Below, piece after piece: positions 28,192-38,289 of a DNA stretch of 64,000 bases. Numbering within the stretch: position 1 is the first letter of the stretch; every line of letters begins with the position of its first letter. Location: assembly GCA_965215015.1 (NCBI GenBank), contig OZ244042.1, positions 320,001 through 384,000 of the forward strand, read 5' to 3'. The notes beneath the pieces are model-generated. The model did not search any database, was not told where the DNA came from, and saw only the letters and a list, made by a program, of their open reading frames with translations. The position numbers and the translations under genes were made by a program. The DNA is from Candidatus Poribacteria bacterium. GTDB lineage: Bacteria; Poribacteria; WGA-4E; PCPOR2b.

Positions 28192-29652
28192 CTACATACC
28201 ACCAGGAGGCGCCTTTTCGGCTTCAGCCTGTTGTCTCTTAACATCAGGATTGTCGTTGGGATCTTTATCAGAAGTGCCGGCTTCCTGTTCGACATAGAAC
28301 TCGAAGCCATCTCCATCCTGATCCAGCTCATACTGACGGACAATCTGCTCTGCCTCACGGTAGTATTTGCCTTCTTTGTCTAAACTCATATAAGCCTTGA
28401 AACCTCTGTACGCTTCCTCAAACTCACGGATAGCGCGATAACAAACGGCTTGCTGGTAAACCGCTTCATCCCGCCAAGTGGATTCAGGGGCTTTGTCTAG
28501 CATATCCTGAAAGGCGGTAATTGCGCGCTGATACTGCCCGTCTTTTTGATACAAGTCGCCAATTCGGAACAGCGCATCTGCAGCATGGAATTTTTTGTAT
28601 GACAGGTTTTCCGCCAATTTGCGATAAGCAGCAATCGCAAACGGGTAGTTTCTCATCTGCACCCAACCAGATCCAATGTTCTGAAAATTCTGGGCGATAC
28701 GCTCCGCATACCCTGCGACATACAGATCGCTTGGGAGTATTTCCCGTCCTGCTTTTTTATATTCCAGTGCTTTCTTGCTTGTATACTTCTGAATATCATC
28801 CTGATCTTGCTTAATCTCTGTCAGGATATCCGCGGACTTCTTCAGCAGGGTTTCCGCATCGGAGGCTTCGTAAGAATCTGGAAACTTCTCAATGACCTTG
28901 ACAAATGCTCCCCAGCCACCGCTGTTGGAATAGTCATAAAGATCGTAAAAGTAGATGTTACCAATTTGGAATTGTGCTTGAGGTGCCAGTTTATGTTCAG
29001 GAAACTCTGCGACCACTCGTTCAAACTGCTTAATTGCTTCTTCGGAATTGCCGAGCGTTTGGTAAGCCCGCGCTTCCTCGTAAAGGGCGCGCACGGCTGT
29101 ATCTCGGCTCTCCACCGCTTGTTGATTGAGAATCTCTATCTCTGCAGGGTCACTGGTCTCCTTCGCACGCATGGCTAAATCTTTACTGAGAGGAGCGTGG
29201 TTTTGATAGGTACGCCTGTTCTCTTGGATGACTTGGCGGTTTTTACGGATATCAGCAATACTACTCTTTGCCCGCCCACCCAAGTAGCCGGTGGGCGCAA
29301 GATCCACAATGGCTTGATAATGCTCTGTGGCTTTATCCCATCCAAAACGTCTTTTGTAGATTGCTGCTACCTGAAAGTGTGAATAGAGTGCATATTTTCC
29401 GGTCGGATCTCCCTCGATAATTGCCAGATACTCTGCAAGTGCAGCATCAAACAATTCTTTCCGTTTGGCGAGGTCTTCTTTTTGATTTTCCACAGTGTCT
29501 GTACGAATGCGCAGAGTTTCAGCAGCCTCATATTTACGGTCTGCATTTTGGACCTTTATACTCGCTGGCATCACACTCGCACACCCGGTAATCACCGCTG
29601 CTACAGCTACAAGTGCGGTATAGTAGGCAAGGTTTACAAAACGGCGACTCAT
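28192..29652 (-). CDS. TPR-repeat lipoprotein with C-terminal Ca-binding-like DxDGDG motif
   Basis: Lipobox ITGC; repeats A.FQIG..Y....AI..F..V...FP; DQDGDGF...E..AGT.D.DPND tail. Confidence 0.82.
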   Translation of the reverse strand: MSRRFVNLAYYTALVAVAAVITGCASVMPASIKVQNADRKYEAAETLRIRTDTVENQKEDLAKRKELFDAALAEYLAIIEGDPTGKYALYSHFQVAAIYKRRFGWDKATEHYQAIVDLAPTGYLGGRAKSSIADIRKNRQVIQENRRTYQNHAPLSKDLAMRAKETSDPAEIEILNQQAVESRDTAVRALYEEARAYQTLGNSEEAIKQFERVVAEFPEHKLAPQAQFQIGNIYFYDLYDYSNSGGWGAFVKVIEKFPDSYEASDAETLLKKSADILTEIKQDQDDIQKYTSKKALEYKKAGREILPSDLYVAGYAERIAQNFQNIGSGWVQMRNYPFAIAAYRKLAENLSYKKFHAADALFRIGDLYQKDGQYQRAITAFQDMLDKAPESTWRDEAVYQQAVCYRAIREFEEAYRGFKAYMSLDKEGKYYREAEQIVRQYELDQDGDGFEFYVEQEAGTSDKDPNDNPDVKRQQAEAEKAPPGGM

Positions 29653-29824
29653 GATTATTCCTCCTAGCTTTAACTAAATTGGTGGATTAATAGGATTCTC
29701 AAATGCAATCCTGCTTTTATCTGTTCATTATAATCGTTTTCCCAAAAATTGTCAACAACCATTTTCAATTTCCCAAAGAAATGGTCTATATTGCTGGGAT
29801 AGCGTGATAGCACGCAAGTAAACC

Positions 29825-30721
29825 TCAATCACTTAGTTGCGTTGTAAAATTAATGAAAATTTCCCCAGACTGATCAACCTGTGGTGCCTTCTTGGGCAAA
29901 GTGTTGAATCGAATCCTTTCGACGTATCGTTTGGCTTGTTCTTTGAGCCGAACTTCCCCCACCGTCGTTAGAAAACCGGGTTTCACCCGAACATCGTATA
30001 TCGTGCCATCCGGCCTCACTTTGAAGCTAATCTGGACGCCTCCGCCTTGTTTACCTTCTGTCTGAATGGGTTTTCCCAAACGATAACCGCGTCCACTGAC
30101 TTCACCGGAGATTTCAAACTCAAAACCGACACCATCAGTAACGCGACTTTGCCCGGTACGGCGCACAGTTCCCGTAGACACGTTCCGGGTCAAATTATGT
30201 CCACGCTCCCCTCTTGCTTTCAGTCGATCCGTATCTCGCACGCCTCGACGCACTGACGCACCCTGATATCCTTCCTCATCAACCAGGGGTTTCTCTCGGA
30301 CCCTTGCATTCGTTGCTTCCAAATCGTCGAGCAGGGACTGATTTCGCCCTTTTGAAGGGGCTCCCCCCAACGCCAAACGGTCTGAATCTTGATTGGTAGT
30401 TCGCGCTAGGGCCCGGGCAGGTAAGCCACCTGATGGGCCACCGGGATTTAGATATCGATGAACATTGTGGGTCAATTCAATTGGGGGCAATTCGTTGGGC
30501 ATTTCAGGTTGGCGAGTTGGAGGGATAGCGATAGAAATTTCTTCCTCAATGCGCTTCTGCTCCGGTTCATTGATCAGAATGTCTACAGTTATGGGGGTGT
30601 TATTCACCTTTGGCACAGGGGTTGTATAGGCTGCCATGGCTAACACCAGGATCAGAACCAGATGCTCGATGATTGCAATCCCAAAAAAGGCACTGAGTTT
30701 AACCTCGCTTCGCGTGCGCAT
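29825..30721 (-). CDS. TonB/TolA-like energy transducer
   Basis: N-terminal TM with conserved His (IIEHLVLILV), Pro/Glu linker, C-terminal GGVQISFKVRPDGTI..V...A..YVERIRF..LP TonB_C-like domain. Confidence 0.72.
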   Translation of the reverse strand: MRTRSEVKLSAFFGIAIIEHLVLILVLAMAAYTTPVPKVNNTPITVDILINEPEQKRIEEEISIAIPPTRQPEMPNELPPIELTHNVHRYLNPGGPSGGLPARALARTTNQDSDRLALGGAPSKGRNQSLLDDLEATNARVREKPLVDEEGYQGASVRRGVRDTDRLKARGERGHNLTRNVSTGTVRRTGQSRVTDGVGFEFEISGEVSGRGYRLGKPIQTEGKQGGGVQISFKVRPDGTIYDVRVKPGFLTTVGEVRLKEQAKRYVERIRFNTLPKKAPQVDQSGEIFINFTTQLSD

Positions 30722-31425
30722 CAGCTCGCCTCCTTTTGAGTCAAACGCTGAATATCTTCAAACTCTTCCTGAAACAGCTTGTGTTCTTCAGCGACAAGAA
30801 AGCGAACCAGAGACATGCCGTGTCTTTCCAACTCGGTTAAAAAGAGTTGTGCCTTACTATTGAAATAGTAATACGCGACATACGTTGGCAGCGCGACCAT
30901 TAATCCAGCAGCTGTTGTGATTAAAGCTTGCGAAATACCACCAGCAATCTCACTTGATTGACCTACCTGTCCTCCCGCTTCGTAAAGGTTGCCAAATGAG
31001 ATAATCATGCCGAGAAATGTGCCAAGTAAACCTGTATATATCGCGACAGCAGACAGCAGTCCCAAAATAGGGAGGTATCGCGTTAATTTTGGTTTTTCGC
31101 CGCTGATGGATAAACGGACGACCCGTTTGAGCGTTTCCTCATTGGCATCTCTGCGCTCTATTCCAGCGCGGAGGACATTTGTCAGCGGCCCCGGCCGCTG
31201 CTCACACAGCTGGATTGCGATTTCGGGGTTGCCCTGCACCAGTTCACGGTAAATGCTACGAGTCACAAACTGTGATGGGATAATTCGCTCCCGACGCAGA
31301 TAGTAAGTCCGTTCCATAATAATTGTATGTGCACAGATTGAACAACCGATTAGGGGAATGAGAAGGATCCCGCCCCCGCTCAACTGTTCTAATCCTGAAA
31401 CGATCATCTCAATCGGATTGCCCAT
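30721..31425 (-). CDS. MotA/TolQ/ExbB proton-channel family protein
   Basis: GG..LIPL..CSI, GLLGTFLGMI.SF, IAGGISQALITTAAGLMVALP. Confidence 0.9.
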   Translation of the reverse strand: MGNPIEMIVSGLEQLSGGGILLIPLIGCSICAHTIIMERTYYLRRERIIPSQFVTRSIYRELVQGNPEIAIQLCEQRPGPLTNVLRAGIERRDANEETLKRVVRLSISGEKPKLTRYLPILGLLSAVAIYTGLLGTFLGMIISFGNLYEAGGQVGQSSEIAGGISQALITTAAGLMVALPTYVAYYYFNSKAQLFLTELERHGMSLVRFLVAEEHKLFQEEFEDIQRLTQKEAS

Positions 31426-31528
31426 GACGCGTCTATTTTCCTCTTCTGTTTTTTATTCCAACGGATGGATCGATTCGCACAACGGGTTGACTCTCACCCA
31501 CAAATAGGTTTGACTGCCATCAAAGCGA

Positions 31529-33400
31529 TCAGAATTTTAACTCAATTCCGAAATCAAAATTGCTCTGCGAGAGTTCATACATCTCTAATAAACGATACTC
31601 TCCAATCGCAAACGCCCCACCGACAAAGGCATCAATATAGTTTCCAATCGTTTTGCTCAGTTTAGGTTTTAGCAAAAGATAGTTCTTCAATGGTTCCTCA
31701 GTCGTTGTATCAACATGCCGGGGACCCTGAAATTCTGCTTTAAGCGCGACGCGAAACTCCGATGGGAGATGATATACCATATCCAGGTCAATCCGATCCG
31801 CCGCCCTATAAGGGATTTGCTCAACTATCTCTGGCACATGAACCTCATGCGTGTACTGAAACCGCAAGTCCAGAAGGTCAACAATGCGAGCGGAAATAAG
31901 CAGTTGCCCACCGTAGATTGACGCATCAATGTTGGTCGGGGTCCATGTAAGCTCTTCTGCAGGTTGCACACCAGTTTCTTCGAGATGTTCCGCTTGAGAA
32001 ATCAAGACAACCAGATCGTCTATCTGCTTTGCAAAACTGGACAGGTTCACCTCAAATTTCCCACCTTGATGATACTTCAGTGTCATCTGTCCATTCCAAG
32101 CCTTTTCCGGACGAAGAAACGGGTTGAGGCTGATGTAATCTGTGTCAAAGTAAAGCGTTGACAATCGGTGCCGCGCAATAGTCCGAACCCCTTCAAGTTG
32201 AATTAACCAATGTTTATCAAGATGGGTCGTCAACGCAAGAGACGGATTTAACTGCAAGCTGACTTTATCTCCCGTATCGGTCTGTGGAGTTGCGTCTGCC
32301 ACCTTTAGCTCTGAATCTGCTTTATTTTCACCAGTTTCAGCGTCAGTTTGTTGAGGTATGTCTGCCACATTTAATTGTGAGTCCTCTTTATCTTCGTTGG
32401 TGCCATTACTTTCACGAAGACTAACTCCTTCCAAGCCTATGCTGCAAACTAACGGTCCAAATGGCGTAAACTCATCGCGGGCATACAGGCGAACGATTGT
32501 CCCCCAACTATCTCTACTGAACTGCTCATCTGTCGCAGAAAAATATTCCACATGGCCACCGGTGTGAATTGGGTTCAGGAAGGGCCACGAAAGTGCCATA
32601 TCAAAGTTGAACAGCAGATCTACCGCTTCATCCCGCAGGTTGGATTTACCGTGATCAACACGGAGTAGGATTGTATCAAGATTCAATGTCGACCACGTTG
32701 TGTCAGAAATCTGCTGCTGCCAATTCAGATCGGAACGGAAAAGCAGCAAATCCTTCTGAGGATTTGGGGCTTTCCACTCAAGTGCTTTGAGGTTTAATCC
32801 GAGGTCAAGGGAGATTTCACTCAATTCCTGATACTGGTGACTTAATCTACCGCGGACTCCGTCAAGGCTATAATCTCCCCGCTCTTTGGTCCGTAAATTA
32901 CCGAGTTGCTGCCGGTCTAAATGGAGAAAACCGTGTGTCTGCTCGGTACGCCCCGCGAAAAGCACCTGATAGAACAGTGATTCTGGCAAACTCGGATATG
33001 CGGTAAGGTGGACCCTATAGTTCTTCGGTGGTGGGGTGATGGGCTTGACAGCTTTCTGGGGCGTAGTGGTGGGGGGTAGGTTCCAAAGACGCTCTTTGGG
33101 GTATAGGGCGATAGCGTGAATCAGTTCGGGTGCCAGCGGATCGCTAAAGCGGCTGCGCGGCTCAAGCACGATTCGGGTGGTATCAATAATCTCTGCGATA
33201 ACCTCATCTGGCAGATCTGATTCTAACTGTTCTTCCGGCGGTTCCTGCGTTTGGGCGTAAACTTGTGATAAACTAAATAGAATGTAAAGACTAAAAAGTA
33301 AAACGTGGGAGATATTGCGTCGAGCGTCTCGCGTCAAATGCTTTTTCCATCCTTTCATCCTTCCACTCTTACTCGTTCTTCTGTCGATCATCTCTACCAC
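31529..33400 (-). CDS. Outer-membrane beta-barrel protein (TonB-dependent-receptor-like C-terminal half)
   Basis: Signal peptide; amphipathic strands; NPFLRPEKA motif; terminal FDFGIELKF BAM signal; exact start uncertain. Confidence 0.72.
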   Translation of the reverse strand: MVEMIDRRTSKSGRMKGWKKHLTRDARRNISHVLLFSLYILFSLSQVYAQTQEPPEEQLESDLPDEVIAEIIDTTRIVLEPRSRFSDPLAPELIHAIALYPKERLWNLPPTTTPQKAVKPITPPPKNYRVHLTAYPSLPESLFYQVLFAGRTEQTHGFLHLDRQQLGNLRTKERGDYSLDGVRGRLSHQYQELSEISLDLGLNLKALEWKAPNPQKDLLLFRSDLNWQQQISDTTWSTLNLDTILLRVDHGKSNLRDEAVDLLFNFDMALSWPFLNPIHTGGHVEYFSATDEQFSRDSWGTIVRLYARDEFTPFGPLVCSIGLEGVSLRESNGTNEDKEDSQLNVADIPQQTDAETGENKADSELKVADATPQTDTGDKVSLQLNPSLALTTHLDKHWLIQLEGVRTIARHRLSTLYFDTDYISLNPFLRPEKAWNGQMTLKYHQGGKFEVNLSSFAKQIDDLVVLISQAEHLEETGVQPAEELTWTPTNIDASIYGGQLLISARIVDLLDLRFQYTHEVHVPEIVEQIPYRAADRIDLDMVYHLPSEFRVALKAEFQGPRHVDTTTEEPLKNYLLLKPKLSKTIGNYIDAFVGGAFAIGEYRLLEMYELSQSNFDFGIELKF

Positions 33401-33406
33401 CCAAAC

Positions 33407-36400
33407 TTACTTAAAAAGTTGTTGAAGTTTGTTATTCGCGTAATCATATAGTGCATCCCATTTCTTCCGTGCCTCTGCATCTTGCACCTGCTGAACATTC
33501 GATTCATAAAACTCAATTGCGTTCTCATACTCATCCCTCGCCTGATGGGTGTATGCCGGTTGCGCTAAGATTTCACCGGCTTTGGCAAAGGCGTCAGCGG
33601 CATAAACGGTTGCTTGGAATGCCCTGTACGGATCATGCTCCTTGTACAGGTAACGGATACGCAAATAGGTTGTGCCGGCGTCTTTATGTTCCCCCATCTG
33701 TGCTTGTGCATCTGCTAAACGGAGTAGCCCTTCGATTACAATGTCAACAGAGTATCGCTCTGTACCCTTTTCGCGAATTATGTCATAAGCTTCGATGGCT
33801 TGCTGGTATTTCTGTTGAGCGCGATAGGTATCTCCTAAAGCCAACTGGGCCCACTGCGCTTGCTCCGAGCCCGGGTAATCGTTGAGGAGACGACGGTATA
33901 CCTGCACAGCTGTGTCCCACTCTACCAACTCTTTGTAGCACTCACCGGCAAGCAAGAGCGCACGGGGAGCGTCAGCACTTTGCGGATAGTTCTCTGGTAC
34001 AGCAAGAAGTGCCTTCACAGCGTTACCAAGATTGCGACTCGCATTGTTTTGATTATACCATGCGTAACCAATTTCATACGCTGCAGCGGCTGCAAATTCG
34101 CTCCTAGCGTCAACTCGTTCAAATGCCCTAATCGCTTGACGATAAGACGCTAGCGCAATGTAACATTTGCCGATGTTGTACTGTGCTAGCCACGCCGATG
34201 AGGTGTTGGGATACTGGTTAATCGCGTTTTGAAACTCAGCAATCGCCCGTTTATAATCCTTTTCATTATAATAGAAACGACCAATTTGGAGTTGAACATC
34301 TGGGGCAAGTTCTCGGTTGGGATATTTCCGCGTCAGCGTCCGATATGCCTGTATCGTTTTCTTTTTTTCACCCAAATTTTCATACGCGGTTGCAATTCCG
34401 TACTGTGCATCATCCGCCCACTCACTTTTGGGGTGATGTTGGAGAAGCTTTTCATAAGCGGCGATTGCTTCCGGATAATTCTGAAGGTTCAAAAAACTTT
34501 CCCCGATATAGTATTGCGCCTCTGGACGGAGATTGATAGCCCTTTCAGCACCCGCCTCCCGAATTGGATTGGGGTACTTGTCAACCACCCGCTGATATTC
34601 ACGAATCGCTTGTGCATATTTGCCTTGTTTGAAATGGGCATTGGCAATACCGAAAATCGCTCTCGGAACAAGCTGTGAGCCGGGATGCACTTTGAGCATT
34701 TCATTGAAAGCAGCGATTGCTTCGGGATATTTTTCCTGCTTATAAAGCACCCAGCCCCTCTGATAGCGTGCGTTATCACCCCAGTTGCTACCGGGGTGGT
34801 CGGAAAGTACCTGCTTAAAAGCCTGAATTCCGTTGTTATACTGTTTGAGGTTGACATAAGCGATACCGATATGGTATCGCGTTTTGTCTGCAAGTGTACC
34901 GTTCGGGTGATTTGCAAGTCCTTCCTTCCAAGCCGATACCGCTTCTTGATAATGTCTTTGCTGCTTGGTACTGTCTTTTGAGAGTGTCGCCTCAGAGAAA
35001 TGGGTCCAACCGATTCCATAGCGGCACTTTTCCGCCCACTCAGCCCCGAGGGCGTCGGGAGCAATCTGTGATTGTTTCTCTAGCAAGGCTTGATATTTTT
35101 GACGTGCCGATTGATAGGCTTTCGGGGTTTGCTCACGCCAATAGGTGCTTTCTGCGATAAAAAATTCTGCCCGATAGCGCAGGCGGCTATTCGGAAAACG
35201 CCGAAGCAACTCCTCGCAGGCCCGAAGGGTTTCCGAATAATCTTCTAGCTCAAACCGGGCGCGCGCTTTCCAAAACAGGACCTCATCGGTAGGGGCAGTC
35301 TCCAAGTTAGCATCACGGTTTTCGGACAGGAAGCTATCAAAGGCTTGAGAACTTTCTTGATACGCCTTTTGGTTAAAATATGCGAGTCCAAGTTGATAAA
35401 GGACATAAGGTCGGAGTGGACTAGAGGGTTGATCGCTCAACAGCGCATTCAGCACATCAATGGTTTGCGAATAGTCTCGCAGTTCAAATGCACTGGTGGC
35501 TCTCCCGTAAAGTGCATCATCTGTGTACGCCGATTTCGCCCTCACTTTTTTATAGTGAAGGATAGCAGAATTAAACTCGCGTTGCAGACGAAAACATTCG
35601 CCAAGGCGGAAACGGGCTGCGTCAGTGAGTTCAGAGCGCCGATTCTCTGCAACCTTCTTGAATTCGTCGCCTGCTTTGGCATAGTCACCTTTTAGAAAAT
35701 GCGCCATCGCAATTCCGTATTGAGCATCATCGACAACCTCCCCTTGTGGGTAAAGCGTAATAACTTTTTGATATTCATGAATTGCTTCAGGGTATTTCTG
35801 CTCTTCCAACAAAACTTCGGCAATCCAATATTGCGCTTCCGCAACGATGGGGGAGTTGCCATGCTCGCGCAGTAAGAATTCAAAAGTATTTCTTGCTTCT
35901 ACCATTAACTTTTGCTGAAAATAACACTCACCGAGTCTGAATCGCGCATCTATAGCAAATTGCCGGTGCTCTTCGTCTTTCTGGTAGGTGTCAATAATTT
36001 GTTGGTAAGCCTGTTGTGCCTTCACCCAATCGCCAAGGTTGAACAGGGATTCGGCTGCACGGTAGGAAGCCTCTGGGATGGCATAGTGGGTGGGATATTT
36101 TTTAATCAAGTTTGTCAGTGTACTGTATGCCTCGCCATATTTTTTAAGTCTGTAAAGGCTCCAACCTTTGGCATACAGGGCATCTGATGCTTCGGCAGAC
36201 TGGGGATATTTAGTGAGGAGCTGCTCGTAATATTCACCGGATTTTTGGTAGAGCCCCAAGTTGTCATAAGACTCGCCGATGAGATAAAGACTATGGGAAA
36301 TAACGGAGGCATCGTCTGAACTTTCGACAACTTTTTCGTAAGCCTTGATTGCTTCTTCATATTTACCCTGATGGAACCAAGCTGTTGCCGTGCCGCGAAC

Positions 36401-36703
36401 CGAATCTAAACGCAGTGGGCTGTCCGGATAATCAATCTGGAGTTGTTTATAATGCTGGATTGCTTCGTCATATTTCTCAAGCTGCAGTGCACATTCCCCC
36501 ATGAGGAAACGGGCATCATCGGCATCTGCGCTTTGTGGGTAGTCCTGGATGAATGCTTTAAGTGCATCCTTAGCAATGAAATAAGCACCCTCCTGGAAGA
36601 GTTTGTAGGCAAAAACATATTCATCACGCTCGCCCGCAAACGTGGGGTAAATCGTCCATGTCATTATTATAATGAGGACCGATATTGCTGCTCGACGTAT
36701 CAT
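33407..36703 (-). CDS. Very long periplasmic TPR protein
   Basis: Signal peptide followed by many A.(Y/F).(I/L)G..Y.....Y..A...(Y/F)......YP.S repeats over 1098 aa. Confidence 0.92.
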   Translation of the reverse strand: MIRRAAISVLIIIMTWTIYPTFAGERDEYVFAYKLFQEGAYFIAKDALKAFIQDYPQSADADDARFLMGECALQLEKYDEAIQHYKQLQIDYPDSPLRLDSVRGTATAWFHQGKYEEAIKAYEKVVESSDDASVISHSLYLIGESYDNLGLYQKSGEYYEQLLTKYPQSAEASDALYAKGWSLYRLKKYGEAYSTLTNLIKKYPTHYAIPEASYRAAESLFNLGDWVKAQQAYQQIIDTYQKDEEHRQFAIDARFRLGECYFQQKLMVEARNTFEFLLREHGNSPIVAEAQYWIAEVLLEEQKYPEAIHEYQKVITLYPQGEVVDDAQYGIAMAHFLKGDYAKAGDEFKKVAENRRSELTDAARFRLGECFRLQREFNSAILHYKKVRAKSAYTDDALYGRATSAFELRDYSQTIDVLNALLSDQPSSPLRPYVLYQLGLAYFNQKAYQESSQAFDSFLSENRDANLETAPTDEVLFWKARARFELEDYSETLRACEELLRRFPNSRLRYRAEFFIAESTYWREQTPKAYQSARQKYQALLEKQSQIAPDALGAEWAEKCRYGIGWTHFSEATLSKDSTKQQRHYQEAVSAWKEGLANHPNGTLADKTRYHIGIAYVNLKQYNNGIQAFKQVLSDHPGSNWGDNARYQRGWVLYKQEKYPEAIAAFNEMLKVHPGSQLVPRAIFGIANAHFKQGKYAQAIREYQRVVDKYPNPIREAGAERAINLRPEAQYYIGESFLNLQNYPEAIAAYEKLLQHHPKSEWADDAQYGIATAYENLGEKKKTIQAYRTLTRKYPNRELAPDVQLQIGRFYYNEKDYKRAIAEFQNAINQYPNTSSAWLAQYNIGKCYIALASYRQAIRAFERVDARSEFAAAAAYEIGYAWYNQNNASRNLGNAVKALLAVPENYPQSADAPRALLLAGECYKELVEWDTAVQVYRRLLNDYPGSEQAQWAQLALGDTYRAQQKYQQAIEAYDIIREKGTERYSVDIVIEGLLRLADAQAQMGEHKDAGTTYLRIRYLYKEHDPYRAFQATVYAADAFAKAGEILAQPAYTHQARDEYENAIEFYESNVQQVQDAEARKKWDALYDYANNKLQQLFK

Positions 36704-36897
36704 CGTTCTACCTTTCAGTATTTCACAGGCTTCAAATGGCTATTATATCATTGCCCATCCCTGTTTTCAAGCCTTTTTGGATACCGTTGTTGAACCGTTG
36801 GGAGCGCAAAGTTCCAGCTAACGAAGGGAGTTGCGATACTCGTTTGAAGACATTAATAAGAGGTAACCACGGTTCAATCAAAGTTTTGCTTAACCCA

Positions 36898-36934
36898 AAA
36901 CGCCCCGATGCCAAACCTCGACGCCGGGGCGTTT
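36898..36934 (-). terminator. GC-rich hairpin, possible terminator
   Basis: aaacgccccg / cggggcgttt 10-bp stem; short T run on the minus strand. Confidence 0.5.
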
Positions 36935-36952
36935 CTCTACTTTTTAGGTTAT

Positions 36953-37075
36953 TTGACGTACTCCTAAGCCTAAGTACTTGGGATTCTTGAATCTTGAATA
37001 CTGTTAACCAGCAGACTTACATAGGGGCCAATTGAATCGACTCCTATGGGGGACGCCATAGCCCCAACTACAGGA
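36953..37075 (-). mobile_element. IS200/IS605 right-end / TnpB omega-RNA-like relic, no ORF
   Basis: Minus strand ends ...caagaatcccaagtacttaggcttaggagtacgtcaa, matching the GAATCCC-hairpin-GGAGTAYGTCAA pattern of IS605-family right ends. Confidence 0.55.
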
Positions 37076-37311
37076 AACGAACCCTGATACTTTATTCTTT
37101 CGATTTACTATGCACCGAAAGGCAAGACAATTATTCCAGAAAACCGCATAAATAAAGAAATCCGAAAGGATTGGGATTTAGCACTAAAGTGATTTCGTTA
37201 ATTTCGGATGGCCAAAATCAATGCCGTGAAGTGCCAAACTCTCACCGAAGTTGTCGTTAGCAATACGACAATTTCATTTTGTGAGGTATCGCGTCGGATC
37301 GCCCAGTACAA

Positions 37312-38289
37312 TCATTCGGCGAGTAACTGAGTCATTGTCTCTTCCTCCTGAACCTCTCGGTTTAGCGATTCTTCCGAAAATTCTTTACGCTTCATGGGGA
37401 CCACTTTATCTTCACGCAATGTTCCTTGATCGGTGTAAGGATCATAGCTCTCTATAAAACGTCCATCCCGGAACAGCGTAACTTCACTGGTTTCCTCGCT
37501 AATCACAATTGACACCCTGACCTCATCGAGCGATGAAGCATAAATCGCGGCATTATGTCGCGCGCTCCCCTTGTGTAAACGCTCCACTTTGTCAAATACT
37601 CGATGGGTCCGTACCCCTTCCACCATGATACGAGATCTAAAGGCAACCCCATTCAAATCGACCAGTACTGCGCCATCCCGCTCCTCGTGCCCGGTAATTT
37701 CGCCGCTTTTGTCCTTTAAGATGACCTTCTCCCCCATATAACTAAATATCTCGTTGATTTTTAGGGAGAAAATCTGGGGGATTTGAGAGATACCCTGATA
37801 TTGTTTCTTCGTTAAATGTTCAATCTGACCGTCGTAGAATTCGGAAAAATTGTCCTCGTTCATATTTCGGCGGTCCACCAATAACAAAAATAACCCGCGA
37901 TTTTTTCTCATTTTCTGGTTGCTGCGCGCGAAGTCCTTTGCAAGTGAGTACAGTTTATCAATATACAAATCAACTAAATCTAATCTATCCGCCCAGAGTG
38001 TTTCAATTTGCTTGAGGCTCAGTCCAAATTCTTCGGTCACACTCTCCATATCTTCCACAATACGCTGCTGCAGCTGTTCATACTCCTGCGCTGTCTGCTG
38101 AAGCCCCTCCAGTTGCTGATTGAGTACCGATTTTTCCGCCTGATGACCCGCTTCGAGTTCATCCTTTTCTGTTGTCAGAGCTTGGAGCTTTTCCTCAAGT
38201 TCATTGAGTTCGCGACGCAGATTCTTCTGCTGATTGAGCAGATGCTGGTGTTGGGCGCGACTTAAGATCTTAAAGCCAAAAAAGAACAT
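37312..38289 (-). CDS. Diadenylate cyclase (DisA_N/DAC) domain protein with N-terminal coiled coil
   Basis: RDGAVLV, GSARHNAA, IVISEET motifs; heptad-rich N-terminus; ATG 38289 preceded by aagggg. Confidence 0.78.
   Translation of the reverse strand: MFFFGFKILSRAQHQHLLNQQKNLRRELNELEEKLQALTTEKDELEAGHQAEKSVLNQQLEGLQQTAQEYEQLQQRIVEDMESVTEEFGLSLKQIETLWADRLDLVDLYIDKLYSLAKDFARSNQKMRKNRGLFLLLVDRRNMNEDNFSEFYDGQIEHLTKKQYQGISQIPQIFSLKINEIFSYMGEKVILKDKSGEITGHEERDGAVLVDLNGVAFRSRIMVEGVRTHRVFDKVERLHKGSARHNAAIYASSLDEVRVSIVISEETSEVTLFRDGRFIESYDPYTDQGTLREDKVVPMKRKEFSEESLNREVQEEETMTQLLAE

Noticed and set aside
33291-33300. Possible target of the putative omega-RNA guide (CTAAAAAGTA shared with the barrel gene 5' region)
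   Set aside because: Only 10 nt of AT-rich identity, not covering the 5' seed; compatible with chance.
37215-37240. Sigma-54 promoter (TGGCAC...GCA on the minus strand)
   Set aside because: The GG-to-GC spacing is one base short of the strict -24/-12 requirement.
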